From Bacteroidales bacterium (GTDB taxonomy: Bacteria > Bacteroidota > Bacteroidia > Bacteroidales > UBA932): a DNA stretch of 64,000 bases. This document shows positions 42,362 to 52,270 of the stretch, one piece after another. Position 1 is the stretch's first letter. The number at the start of each line of letters is the position of its first letter. Both the position numbers and the translations under genes were made by a program. The stretch covers positions 15,484-79,483 of the forward strand of contig JAFZVQ010000079.1 of assembly GCA_017617715.1 (NCBI GenBank), written 5' to 3'. Under the pieces are notes generated by a model that was given only the letters and a program-made list of their open reading frames with translations, was not told the origin of the DNA and ran no database searches.

Positions 42362-43498
42362 ATGACCGACTTTTCCGAATTCGAAGACATCCGCCCATAT
42401 AGCGACGAAGAGGCCGTAGAAGCGCTCAAACGTGTATCCCGGCATCCCTTCCTGCCGATGATATCCAAATACCTGTTCCCCAACAACAGTGTGGATTCGC
42501 TGGCAAAACTGCTGCGCAACATGCACAGCATCGATGAATTCCAGAGGGTTGTCATGGTCGATGTGGTCCACGCCGTCCTCGCCAAGACCTCGGAAGGCTA
42601 CACCTTCAACGGTATGTCCAATCTCAACAAGAAAGGCAAAAAAGTGCTTGCCGTGTCCAACCACCGCGACATTGTCCTTGATCCGGCCCTGATCCTCTAC
42701 GCCATGCATGATTCCGGAATCCCTTTCGCAGAGCTGTGCGTTGGCAGCAACCTGTTGCAAAACAGCCTTATAGAGGATTTGATGAAGTCCAACCGCATGA
42801 TAAAGGTCATACGTGGCATCAGCGCCCGGCAAATGTATCTGAATTCCCAGACCCTTTCCAAGTACATACGCCAGACCATCACTTCCGGCACCGCCTCCGT
42901 CTGGGTGGCCCAGAAGGAAGGGCGCACAAAGAACGGCCTTGACAAGACGGAGCAGGGCCTGCTTAAGATGTTCGACATGAGCGGGGAAGGCAGTTTCGAG
43001 GAGAATTCCAAAGAACTGAACATAGTCCCCCTGAGCATTTCATACGAATACGAACCCTGCGACAGCAGGAAAGCCCGCGAGTTGCTGCTAAGCCAAAGCG
43101 GCCCCTATGTAAAAAAGCCCAAAGAAGACCTTCACAGCATACTCACCGGTATCCGCCAGCATAAGGGACATATCCATCTTGAAGTCGGCAAGCCCCTGAG
43201 CGACGCTGAGATAGCCGAAGCGGCAAAGCAAAGCGGCAACGACCGCTACCAGTACCTTCGCGGCGTTCTCGACCAGCGTATCCGCGGCGGCTACAAGCTA
43301 TGGAAGACCAACTATATGGGCTACGACCTCATGCACGGCACACATGAATTCCTCGGGGTGAAATACCTGCCCGAGGATATTGAGCAGTTCAAGGCTTATA
43401 CCGAACACAAGCTGGCAAAACTCGAAAGGCGCCTCAAACGAGACGCCCTCCGCGATATTTTCTGGCACATCTACGGGAATCCCGTAGAACAGCTCTAG
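42362..43498 (+). CDS. Glycerolipid acyltransferase (PlsC-like)
   Basis: NHRDIVLD (HX4D), AQKEGRTKNG, SISYEYEP. Confidence 0.88.
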   Translation: MTDFSEFEDIRPYSDEEAVEALKRVSRHPFLPMISKYLFPNNSVDSLAKLLRNMHSIDEFQRVVMVDVVHAVLAKTSEGYTFNGMSNLNKKGKKVLAVSNHRDIVLDPALILYAMHDSGIPFAELCVGSNLLQNSLIEDLMKSNRMIKVIRGISARQMYLNSQTLSKYIRQTITSGTASVWVAQKEGRTKNGLDKTEQGLLKMFDMSGEGSFEENSKELNIVPLSISYEYEPCDSRKARELLLSQSGPYVKKPKEDLHSILTGIRQHKGHIHLEVGKPLSDAEIAEAAKQSGNDRYQYLRGVLDQRIRGGYKLWKTNYMGYDLMHGTHEFLGVKYLPEDIEQFKAYTEHKLAKLERRLKRDALRDIFWHIYGNPVEQL

Positions 43499-44799
43499 AA
43501 CGCAATCGCCATACCGACGGTGGCATTGGTTATGCCACGGCTGACAGGCAGGAATTGCGGTGTCATTTCGAAATAGATTGAATCCAGTCCCAGGAAAAGG
43601 TTCACGCCGGGGAAGCGTATGTTCAGCGCACCACCGAAATCATAGCCGAAATTATTGTATGCTCCTGAAAGAGCAAGGCTTATGGCACGGAAAGGAGTGA
43701 AGTCCATACCAATCCTGGCTTCCTTGAAATACTTTTGGTATGTGCCGAGGACGCCGACGCCGAGACCTTCATAGAAAGGCATGCGGTATTTGGCGCTCAG
43801 GTGGATGTTGTAGTTCAGCTTCTTGATTGCAGCTGAAGCAGGTGCCACCTGAAGCTCGAGGCCCTGCTCGACAGTGTCGATGGGCTGGAGATCATACTTG
43901 ATCTTGCCGTTGACCGTGGAGTTCCAGTTGATGAATCCGAGGTCGAGCGCGGAAAGACCGATGGTCAACCCATGCACCGGCTCTATGGTGATGCCGAGAT
44001 CGGCACCGAAGCCATAACCATTGATACCTATGGTGTTGAAATCCATGGTGGTGAAGTCATAGAGCTCCTTGCCATTGACCATTTCAGTGCCAACCTTAAG
44101 GAAAGAAGTGGCTATCAGGACGTCAACGTCGGTGCTGGCCACGAAATCGCCGGCCTCGTTAGCGCCTCCGGTGAAGTTGTTGATGTCCACGGAAGCAGCT
44201 CCGAGCCCCATAAGGAACTTGAGACGGCCTCCGAGAGTGATCATGTCACCGATCTTGTGGGAATAGCCCAGGGCTGCCTCGAGATAGTTGGATGAACTGG
44301 CGTTGAGATTCTGGAATGAGTACATTCCGGACTTGGACTTGAGGCCTTCGTTAAGGCCAACCTTCAGCGCAGAGAAAAAGTCTTTGGACAAATAGAAATA
44401 ATTGTCTGAGCGAAGGTTGAGCTCGAAATTGAAACGGCCTTTCTCACCCTGGTGGCCGAACGACAGCAGGTTTACGTTCACCTGGGGAAGGACAATGTTG
44501 TCCTTTGCGAACATGGACAGGAACTTATCCGTAGGCACGTCTGAATCGAAGCCCCAGACCAGACCGCTTGCAGTAGGGTAGAGTACAGACGACACGCCAA
44601 GATTGGACATGGCCGTGGCCGAGACGTTGCCCAGACCGACTGCGAAGAAAGTGTAGGGCTTTTCTTCGAAGGGAGCTGCCGGATTGATCTTGTAGCTGTA
44701 GACATTGTTTTCAAGGAAAAAACCTGTCTTCAGCTCCTGTGCGAACAGCAGGGGAAAGCAGCACAACGACAGCGCTGCCGAAAGTATGAATCTTCTCAT
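43495..44799 (-). CDS. DUF5723-like outer-membrane beta-barrel
   Basis: Signal peptide, INPA, G.G.DLG, DLGFINW, terminal F. Confidence 0.75.
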   Translation of the reverse strand: MRRFILSAALSLCCFPLLFAQELKTGFFLENNVYSYKINPAAPFEEKPYTFFAVGLGNVSATAMSNLGVSSVLYPTASGLVWGFDSDVPTDKFLSMFAKDNIVLPQVNVNLLSFGHQGEKGRFNFELNLRSDNYFYLSKDFFSALKVGLNEGLKSKSGMYSFQNLNASSSNYLEAALGYSHKIGDMITLGGRLKFLMGLGAASVDINNFTGGANEAGDFVASTDVDVLIATSFLKVGTEMVNGKELYDFTTMDFNTIGINGYGFGADLGITIEPVHGLTIGLSALDLGFINWNSTVNGKIKYDLQPIDTVEQGLELQVAPASAAIKKLNYNIHLSAKYRMPFYEGLGVGVLGTYQKYFKEARIGMDFTPFRAISLALSGAYNNFGYDFGGALNIRFPGVNLFLGLDSIYFEMTPQFLPVSRGITNATVGMAIAF

Positions 44800-44808
44800 C
44801 GAGCAGGA

Positions 44809-45879
44809 CTACTTGATGACCTTCACTGATTCTGCGGTGATAATGAAGGGCTCCTTGATGTTCAGGACGGAAGGAGTCTTCATGGCCTTAAGCTCGATGT
44901 TCAGTTTGACATCGTTGATGATGGTCTTGGTGGAGAGAGTCTTGACAACGAAAAGCGCTTCAAAAGGAGTGCCTTCAGGTCCCTGTGCGGCAGGGATCTT
45001 CTGGCTCAGCTTACCGGTCAGGTTGGACTGCTCGCTGACAGCGTTTAAATCAACTTCGAAAGGCAGGAAATTGGTGCCGGAGAATTTGACGTCAAACTCA
45101 AGTTTGCCGGTCACATACTTGTCGAGGTCGAAGCCCAGGTCGCTGAAAGTCTGGGAAATGTTTATGACAGAGCCACTTACGAATGAAAGAGGAGACACGA
45201 ACTGGCAACTGACAGAGTATTGTGACGGGGCGTCGGCCTTCTTAATCATGCCGGAAGTCTTGGCTCCTTCCTTGGGGGTGAGTGTTACGTCGGAAAGGAC
45301 CATACCCTGGTCCATACCTTTTTCAAGCAGGCTCTTGAGATCGGCAGGAAGAGGTGCGAAAAGGTCTGCAGGCTCTGCAGGGGATGAGATATCGGGAGTA
45401 AAGAGCAGGTCCACGACTTTCTCTGCGGGAATCTCCACGCTGGGAAGGAGAACGGGAGTGGATCCGTCAACGGAAAGTTTACCGCTGAAATACATGGGGG
45501 TTGAAGAAGGATTGGCGATATTCAGCTTGACTGCAGGGTCAGTGAGAACGCCGCCGGAACTCTTCTTGATTACGTCAGGAGCGTCGGTCATGTCAACCTT
45601 AAGGTCGCTCTCGAAAGAGACGGGCTGGCCGGGCTCGGCAGTGCTGGTCACGGTCTCGGAGGCGGAACCATAGTGGAGATCGCCATTGTCGTCGGGCGTA
45701 ACTGCCTGATTGTCATCCATTCCAAGGAATGTCTGGGGAGGGAGTTCGCTGGTCTTGTTGACCGGGACATCGACGGTCACCTTTGCATCTTCCGTGTCGT
45801 AATCACGGTTGATGCAGGAAACGGAAAGCATCGCAAGTGCTGCGACAGCCAAAACGGAAATCAGTGTAAACTTTTTCAT
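44809..45879 (-). CDS. Hypothetical lipoprotein (partner of the barrel gene)
   Basis: Lipobox SVSC-INRDYD; TATATTTG promoter upstream. Confidence 0.75.
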   Translation of the reverse strand: MKKFTLISVLAVAALAMLSVSCINRDYDTEDAKVTVDVPVNKTSELPPQTFLGMDDNQAVTPDDNGDLHYGSASETVTSTAEPGQPVSFESDLKVDMTDAPDVIKKSSGGVLTDPAVKLNIANPSSTPMYFSGKLSVDGSTPVLLPSVEIPAEKVVDLLFTPDISSPAEPADLFAPLPADLKSLLEKGMDQGMVLSDVTLTPKEGAKTSGMIKKADAPSQYSVSCQFVSPLSFVSGSVINISQTFSDLGFDLDKYVTGKLEFDVKFSGTNFLPFEVDLNAVSEQSNLTGKLSQKIPAAQGPEGTPFEALFVVKTLSTKTIINDVKLNIELKAMKTPSVLNIKEPFIITAESVKVIK

Positions 45880-46054
45880 ATTTGTCCAAATTTTTCACAA
45901 ATATAATATTATTTGTAGAAAAAGCAAATATTTCGCCATTTTACTGCATTTCCCGCAGTTTTGCCGCTTGTTATACAATTTATATTATGTTAACTAAACT
46001 GTATCTTTCACCACCCCGCTATTGTAAGTCGAAATTTTTGTATATTTGCAATCT

Positions 46055-47488
46055 ATGAGCCGGAAAAGGAAACTCGACATCATCATCCCCGACGTCGTCA
46101 TCGAAAGCGTCGCCGCCGAAGGTAAGTCTCTGTCACACGTCCACTTGGATGGCGACGACCCGGAATCCGAAGGTCGCATCCTATTCGTGGAATTTGCCGT
46201 GCCCGGCGACGTTGTGGACGTGCGTCTGATTCGCAAGAAAAAGAGTTTTCTCGAAGGCCGGATTATCCGTATCAAGACCCCCTCCGCACAGCGTCTCGCC
46301 CCTTTCTGCGAGCACTTCGGAATCTGCGGCGGTTGCCGCTGGCAGCCACTTCCCTACGATATCCAGCTCAAGGCCAAGCAGCGCCAGGTCTACGACCAGC
46401 TCACAAGGATAGGACACCTGCAAGTGCCTCCTTTCAACCCGATTATCGGCTCGGAAAAGACGATTTTATATCGTAACAAGCTGGAATACAGCGCTTCAGA
46501 CAAACGTTGGATACTTCCCGGAGAAGATCCCGAAGCTCTCTCAGACGATGAAAAAAAGGGCCTGGGCTTCCATGTGGGCAAGTTTTTCGACAAGGTCCTC
46601 GATATAGACCGCTGCTACCTGCAGAAGGAGCCATCGAATTCGCTGAGGCTTTTCATCAAGGACTACGCACTGCGTAACGGATTGACTTTCTATAACATAC
46701 GTGAAAATCACGGAGTCCTCCGGAACATGTTTGTCCGCACCACTGACGACGGTCAGGTGATGCTGATAGTCTGCTTCGGGGAGGACTCCCCCTCCATCGC
46801 TCCCCTGCTGGACGCAATACGCGGACGCTTCCCAGAAATCACGTCCCTGTACTACGTCATCAACACCAAGGCCAACGACAGCATTTCCGACCAGGAATGC
46901 ATACTCCACAGCGGTGAGCCTGCCATTTACGAGAAAATGGAGGGGCTCCGGTTCAGGATAGGCCCCAAATCGTTCTACCAGACCAACACCGGCCAGGCCC
47001 TGCAACTCTACAGGAAAACGCTTGAATTCGCCGGCCTCGACGGCACCCAGACCGTTTATGACTTGTACACAGGTACGGGCACTATCGCCCAGTTCGTCAG
47101 TTCCAGGGCGGCGAAAGTCATTGGTATTGAATATGTTCCGGAAGCGATTGAAGACGCCCGCGCCAACGCTGAAGGCAACGGTATCACCAATTGCGAATTC
47201 TACGCAGGCGACATGAAGGACATACTCACCGACGGCTTCATCCAGGCTCACGGGCGCCCGGACGTGATGATAGTGGACCCGCCCCGCACCGGAATGCACC
47301 CCGATGTCGTGGAAACAATTATGCGTGCCCTGCCCCCGAGAATAGTCTATGTGAGCTGCAACCCTGCCACACAGGCGCGCGACATTGCGATGATGTCCGG
47401 AAAGTACCGTATCACCGCAGTGCAGCCCGTAGATATGTTCCCCCACACCCAACACGTTGAGAATATTTGCAAATTGGATTTATGTTGA
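46055..47488 (+). CDS. rlmD: 23S rRNA m5U1939 methyltransferase
   Basis: TRAM domain, C.HFG.CGGC, SFYQTN, DLYTGTG, DPPR, YVSCNP, DMFPHT.HVE. Confidence 0.95.
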   Translation: MSRKRKLDIIIPDVVIESVAAEGKSLSHVHLDGDDPESEGRILFVEFAVPGDVVDVRLIRKKKSFLEGRIIRIKTPSAQRLAPFCEHFGICGGCRWQPLPYDIQLKAKQRQVYDQLTRIGHLQVPPFNPIIGSEKTILYRNKLEYSASDKRWILPGEDPEALSDDEKKGLGFHVGKFFDKVLDIDRCYLQKEPSNSLRLFIKDYALRNGLTFYNIRENHGVLRNMFVRTTDDGQVMLIVCFGEDSPSIAPLLDAIRGRFPEITSLYYVINTKANDSISDQECILHSGEPAIYEKMEGLRFRIGPKSFYQTNTGQALQLYRKTLEFAGLDGTQTVYDLYTGTGTIAQFVSSRAAKVIGIEYVPEAIEDARANAEGNGITNCEFYAGDMKDILTDGFIQAHGRPDVMIVDPPRTGMHPDVVETIMRALPPRIVYVSCNPATQARDIAMMSGKYRITAVQPVDMFPHTQHVENICKLDLC

Positions 47489-48441
47489 CAGATCTGTTGT
47501 TGCTCTCAGCCGGCCTCCTGCTAGTGATACTCGGAGCCGATTTTCTCGTGGACGGCGCTTCCGCCATAGCCAGGAGATTTAATGTCAGCGAATTCGTAAT
47601 AGGTCTTACAATAGTCGGATTCGGAACGTCCTGTCCCGAGCTCGTGGTGAGCGCGACAGGCGCCATCGGCGGCAACTCCGATATCTCCATAGGCAACGTT
47701 ATCGGATCCAATGTTTTCAACACCTTGCTGATACTCGGCATCACAGCCCTGATCATGCCGATTACCGTCACCAGGAACAACAAACACCGTGACATTCCCA
47801 TTGCCTTCCTGGTCACTTTGCTGATGGCCTTCTGCGGCATGAGCAAAACCCTTTTCGGGCTTGGGACATCAGACGGCCTGTCGAGAGTGGAAGGCATTGT
47901 GTTCCTGGCACTTTTCGTTGGTTATATCTTTCTTTGCTTTAAGACTGACGAGCCTGTTATCAACGATGGTGACGCCCCCAAATACATAGGCCTTTTCAAA
48001 GCCATAATCCTGGTGCTTGCCGGCCTTGCCGGGCTTGTGTTCGGCGGACAATGGTTCGTGGACTCAGCCGTATCAATAGCCCAGAAGCTGAGGGTCAGCG
48101 ACAAGTTCATCGCCATCACCCTGCTTGCGGGCGGCACTTCCCTGCCGGAACTTGCCACATGCATAGTCGCATCCGTCAAGAAACGCGGCCAGCTCGCACT
48201 CGGCAACATACTGGGCTCCAATATTTTTAACATTCTCCTGATATTGGGCTGCTCCGCCACGATCATGCCTCTCAGCTTCGCCGGAGTCACGCTGGTTGAC
48301 CTTCTCGCCCTTGCGGTCGGTATCGCGATGACCTGGCTCGCTACCTATACTTTCAAAAAGGACATCATAGACCGCTACGACGGCATCTTGATGCTGGGGC
48401 TTTTCGCCGCCTATTATGTCTGGCTGTTCATGAATCTCTGA
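47482..48441 (+). CDS. Ca2+/Na+ antiporter (YrbG/CaCA family)
   Basis: Two alpha repeats GTS.PEL ... GN..GSN. Confidence 0.93.
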   Translation: MLTDLLLLSAGLLLVILGADFLVDGASAIARRFNVSEFVIGLTIVGFGTSCPELVVSATGAIGGNSDISIGNVIGSNVFNTLLILGITALIMPITVTRNNKHRDIPIAFLVTLLMAFCGMSKTLFGLGTSDGLSRVEGIVFLALFVGYIFLCFKTDEPVINDGDAPKYIGLFKAIILVLAGLAGLVFGGQWFVDSAVSIAQKLRVSDKFIAITLLAGGTSLPELATCIVASVKKRGQLALGNILGSNIFNILLILGCSATIMPLSFAGVTLVDLLALAVGIAMTWLATYTFKKDIIDRYDGILMLGLFAAYYVWLFMNL

Positions 48442-48442
48442 T

Positions 48443-49735
48443 ATGCAACTACTTAAATTCAAACCGACGGGATACCGTCTGGAAAACGTGAAGACAGGCC
48501 GCATCTTCGACGATGCAGGCTGGGCTCTTGGTGACCCTCAATGCAGTGACCCCACGCTTATCCGTGCAGTTTATGAAAACACCATGTTCACCCCCAGGAA
48601 CGACCTGAAAGGGCTCTACCGCTACGCCGAGTGGATGCCTGTCAGACGCATACTCAAGCATTCCTGCGCCCCTGTGACATACAAATCCAAAGGACTGGCC
48701 AAATATCTTGGACTGAGCAACTTATATATTACATTCTCGGGCTATAACCCGAAGCTTGGTGCCAAGATGATGACCTGCTCCTTCAAGGAAACTGAAGCTT
48801 ATTCCGTCTGTGCGCGCATGGACCGCAGGGAGAAGCGCACGCTCGTTGTCCAGTCGGCCGGCAATACGGCAAGGGCATTCGCCCAGGTGTGCTCCGACAA
48901 CGACATCCCCGTCGTGATATGCATCCCTGAAGACAACAAGCACGACCTCTGGTTCCACCGCAAGCTGAACCGCTGCGTCAAGCTCGTCGCTGTCCCCCAC
49001 GGCTGCGACTACTACGACGCCATCACCCTCGGAGAGAAACTGGCACAGGATCCCGGCTACTTCCTTGAAGGAGGCGCCAAGAACATTGCGCGCAGGGACG
49101 GCATGGGCACGACCATACTCAGCTTCGTGGAAAAGGCCGGACGCATCCCGGACGCCTATTTCCAGGCCGTCGGGTCCGGCACCGGCGCGATAGCCGCATG
49201 GGAAAACGCAGAGCGTCTTGCCGCCGACGGGCGTTTCGGGGAGAACAAGATGCGGGTCTACGTGTCCCAGAACACCCCGTTCACCCTCCTCTACGACTCA
49301 TGGAAGGCCCATTCCCGCCAGCTTGCCGCAATCACTCCCGAGCTCGGGCGCAGGCAGGCAGAGGTGATACTCGCCAAGGTGCTTTCCAACAGAAAACCGC
49401 CCTACAGCATCGCCGGCGGCCTTTTCGATGTGCTTGAAAGCAGCAAGGGAGACGTCTATCTGGCGTCTAATGACGATATCATGTACTGGCTCCTCCAGTT
49501 CCGCAATCTCGAGGGCTACGACCTGCTGCCCGCTGCATGCGTGGCGGTGGCGTCCCTCTCGCAGGCCGTTGAGCGCGGAGACGTGGACAAGGATGAACTG
49601 ATCATGCTGAACTGCACCGGCGGAGGCACCCTCGCCTCCATGGCCAGGGGCTACAATCTCAAGGAGCCGGACCTCGTCCTCAGCCCCGATCTTCCCGCCG
49701 AAGAGATTATCCAAAAGATTACCAATCTCTTTTAG
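48443..49735 (+). CDS. Cysteate synthase (PLP-dependent)
   Basis: TCSFKETEA, SAGNTARAF, EGGAKNIARRDGMGT, YFQAVGSGTG, VLSNRKPPY. Confidence 0.85.
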   Translation: MQLLKFKPTGYRLENVKTGRIFDDAGWALGDPQCSDPTLIRAVYENTMFTPRNDLKGLYRYAEWMPVRRILKHSCAPVTYKSKGLAKYLGLSNLYITFSGYNPKLGAKMMTCSFKETEAYSVCARMDRREKRTLVVQSAGNTARAFAQVCSDNDIPVVICIPEDNKHDLWFHRKLNRCVKLVAVPHGCDYYDAITLGEKLAQDPGYFLEGGAKNIARRDGMGTTILSFVEKAGRIPDAYFQAVGSGTGAIAAWENAERLAADGRFGENKMRVYVSQNTPFTLLYDSWKAHSRQLAAITPELGRRQAEVILAKVLSNRKPPYSIAGGLFDVLESSKGDVYLASNDDIMYWLLQFRNLEGYDLLPAACVAVASLSQAVERGDVDKDELIMLNCTGGGTLASMARGYNLKEPDLVLSPDLPAEEIIQKITNLF

Positions 49736-49739
49736 TGTG

Positions 49740-49871
49740 GCGTAAAAATTACCTGCCCCATTCTGGAACGTGGCCGCCCGTGGCCTATGAACGGGAGGGG
49801 CCCACAAGCGTAGCGCAGTGGGAGGGACGAGCGAAGCGAAGGTGGAAGAATGGGGCAGGTAATTTTTACGC
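49740..49871. repeat. Modular palindromic repeat, copy 2, in a perfect 25-bp inverted repeat
   Basis: gcgtaaaaattacctgccccattct (49740-49764) / agaatggggcaggtaatttttacgc (49847-49871) enclosing the core shared with 17976-18148. Confidence 0.85.
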
Positions 49872-49881
49872 TCTACCTATT

Positions 49882-50484
49882 TCAGAAATTTATAGCGGCA
49901 GAAAGGCTGACGCCGAGATAGCCGGCGTCGTTGTGGGTAATGTTGTAATGGAACACCGTCTCTCCGGATATAACGTCCTTGATCTGGTCGTGATCGGTGC
50001 AATAGCCCACAGACAAAAGGAAATCCACGCTTAAAACCCTGAACACCGCCACCCTGTAACCGGCGCCGGCGCTTGCCCGCAGGCAGGTCTCCCGAAGGGT
50101 GCTGGTCGGGAAGTTGGCGGAAGTGCCGAGGCTGTAGACAAAACCGTCGGAATAGAGGCCTGCCGGGCAGAAGCGGAGGCGCAGTTCCACCGGCACCATC
50201 CATCGGTCGGACCACACCCCTATGAGTCCCGAATACACTGAAACGTTGAGCTTGGGCAACACGTCCACGCCCGCGTTGGCCAGTATGGAGCCGTTGCTGA
50301 AGTAATTGACTTCCGACGAGTTATCCATTATCCTGTAACCGTCGCTGCAGATGTAGCTGTAACGGATCGTCCGCAAAAAAGATGCGGTGTATCCCCACTC
50401 GAGCCCATAACTCAAGCCTGGCTTCCATGCCAACGCGTCAACCGAGCAGGCAAGCAAGATCAATATGAGCAGTTTCTTTTTCAT
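49882..50484 (-). CDS. Hypothetical small outer-membrane beta-barrel protein
   Basis: Signal peptide, alternating beta pattern, terminal F. Confidence 0.7.
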   Translation of the reverse strand: MKKKLLILILLACSVDALAWKPGLSYGLEWGYTASFLRTIRYSYICSDGYRIMDNSSEVNYFSNGSILANAGVDVLPKLNVSVYSGLIGVWSDRWMVPVELRLRFCPAGLYSDGFVYSLGTSANFPTSTLRETCLRASAGAGYRVAVFRVLSVDFLLSVGYCTDHDQIKDVISGETVFHYNITHNDAGYLGVSLSAAINF

Positions 50485-51062
50485 TTGAAGCGGAACAGGA
50501 TGGTGAGCTGCGGATAAATGGCCTGCAGCAGGCCGTTGTTGTAAAGGCTCATGCTGGCCGCATCATATTGCCATTCCGCCTCGTTGCGGCGAAGGTGTAT
50601 CCCCGCCTCGGCCGTCCACGACAGGTCGAGGAACACATTCCGTCCGAAATCGAAGAGGAAGCCGGCGTCTCCGCTGATGGCCAGCGCCATGCCTTCGTTG
50701 TCGGCAAGGAGGGATGTCAAGTCGAATCCCCTGCCCTTGTCGTGGTCACGCACATAGCCGAGAGAAAGTCCTGGACCGGCATAGAACGCTATTGAATAGC
50801 CGTCCCGCTGAAATCTGCCGCACACGTATTGGCGCGAGAAATTCGCCTTGTAGCCTGGGAAAGAGCAGCGGCTGGTCGCAACACCGTAGATATCCACATA
50901 AGCGTGAAGGGTGTGGAAGATGCCGTCCTTTTCCGGAAAATGCACCGAAGCGCCTATGCCTTTCGGAGAACTGAAAAGGCCGAGCTCCTGCGCTCCGGCA
51001 ATGAAAGGAGACGCAAAACAAAGGGCCAGTGCGGCCAGGAGGATATGAGGCATACGGTACAC
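50481..51062 (-). CDS. Hypothetical small outer-membrane beta-barrel protein
   Basis: Signal peptide, FYAGPGLSLGY, C-terminal ILFRFK. Confidence 0.7.
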   Translation of the reverse strand: MYRMPHILLAALALCFASPFIAGAQELGLFSSPKGIGASVHFPEKDGIFHTLHAYVDIYGVATSRCSFPGYKANFSRQYVCGRFQRDGYSIAFYAGPGLSLGYVRDHDKGRGFDLTSLLADNEGMALAISGDAGFLFDFGRNVFLDLSWTAEAGIHLRRNEAEWQYDAASMSLYNNGLLQAIYPQLTILFRFK

Positions 51063-51139
51063 AACACGAAGGTAGCGAAAACTTTGATTATATCCAATAA
51101 AAAGCGTATATTCGCAGAGTATAAACCTACTGAGAACCT

Positions 51140-52270
51140 ATGGCCATAGAAATCAAAAAAGTGTTGACACGCAGGCAATTACGCGCATTTGTCAACTTCC
51201 CGGAGAAGCTATACAAGAACAATCCATATTATATCCCGCCCCTTGTGTTCGACCAGATGGACACCCTCGACCAGAAAAAAGGAGCTGCCCAGGAGTTCTG
51301 CAAGTCCGCCCTGTACCTTGCATATAAAGACGGAGAAGCGGTCGGACGCATAGCCGCGATAGTGAATTTCAAGGCAAACGAACAGTGGAACCACAAGGAA
51401 GTACGATTCGGCTGGTTCGACTTCATCGACGATCCGGAAGTATCTGACGCGCTGATGGAGAAGGTCTACGAATTCGGCCGCCAATACGGAATGGAATCCG
51501 TGGTCGGGCCCCTCGGATTCACCGATTTCGACCCTGAAGGCATGCTTATCCAGGGTTTCGACAAAGAAAGCACCATGGCCCTTATCTACAACCACCCGTA
51601 CTACAACGACCACATGACCCGCATGGGCTTCGGCAAGGATACGGACTGGATAGAATACAGGGTGTTCATTCCCGAGCAGCTGCCCGACAGGCTGATGCGC
51701 ATCTCCGCGATAATCCAGCAGCGCTGCAACGTGCATATGAAGCCCCTCACCCGCAAGATCATCCGCAAGGAGAAATACGGCGAAAAGGTGTTCCGTCTCA
51801 TAAACGAATGCTACAAGAACCTCTATAATTTCACGGTGCTGCCGGACCACATGGCCAAAAAGTACCTGGACTTCTACCTGAGCATCCTCGACCTCCGTTA
51901 TCTGTCCATGGTCGAGAATGAAAAGGACGAGCTGGTCGCTTTCGGCGTCACCATGCCCTCCATTTCCCAGGCCCTGAAAAAGTGCCGCGGCAAGCTCTTC
52001 CCCTTCGGATGGTGGCACCTTGCCAAATCCATGTTCATAAAGCACGAAGAAGGCGTGGAGATGCTCCTGGTGGGCGTGCGTCCGGACTATCAGAACAGCG
52101 GCATCAATTCCCTGCTCTTCGCCGACCTGTTCGCCAAATTCAAGGAATGGGGCGTCAAGTGGGCCGAGACCAACGCAGTGCTTGAAGACAATTTCAAGAA
52201 CCAGGGCCAGTGGCGCGACTTCGACCATGAATGCGCCAAGCGCCGCCGCTCCTACATCAAAAAACTATGA
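51140..52270 (+). CDS. Tandem GNAT N-acetyltransferase family protein
   Basis: VGRIAAI, RFGWFDF, YNHPYY, GVRPDYQNSG, LEDN. Confidence 0.85.
   Translation: MAIEIKKVLTRRQLRAFVNFPEKLYKNNPYYIPPLVFDQMDTLDQKKGAAQEFCKSALYLAYKDGEAVGRIAAIVNFKANEQWNHKEVRFGWFDFIDDPEVSDALMEKVYEFGRQYGMESVVGPLGFTDFDPEGMLIQGFDKESTMALIYNHPYYNDHMTRMGFGKDTDWIEYRVFIPEQLPDRLMRISAIIQQRCNVHMKPLTRKIIRKEKYGEKVFRLINECYKNLYNFTVLPDHMAKKYLDFYLSILDLRYLSMVENEKDELVAFGVTMPSISQALKKCRGKLFPFGWWHLAKSMFIKHEEGVEMLLVGVRPDYQNSGINSLLFADLFAKFKEWGVKWAETNAVLEDNFKNQGQWRDFDHECAKRRRSYIKKL

Noticed and set aside
49735-50034. 99-aa ORF after cysteate synthase
   Set aside because: Reads through the palindromic repeat and is antisense to the 49882 gene
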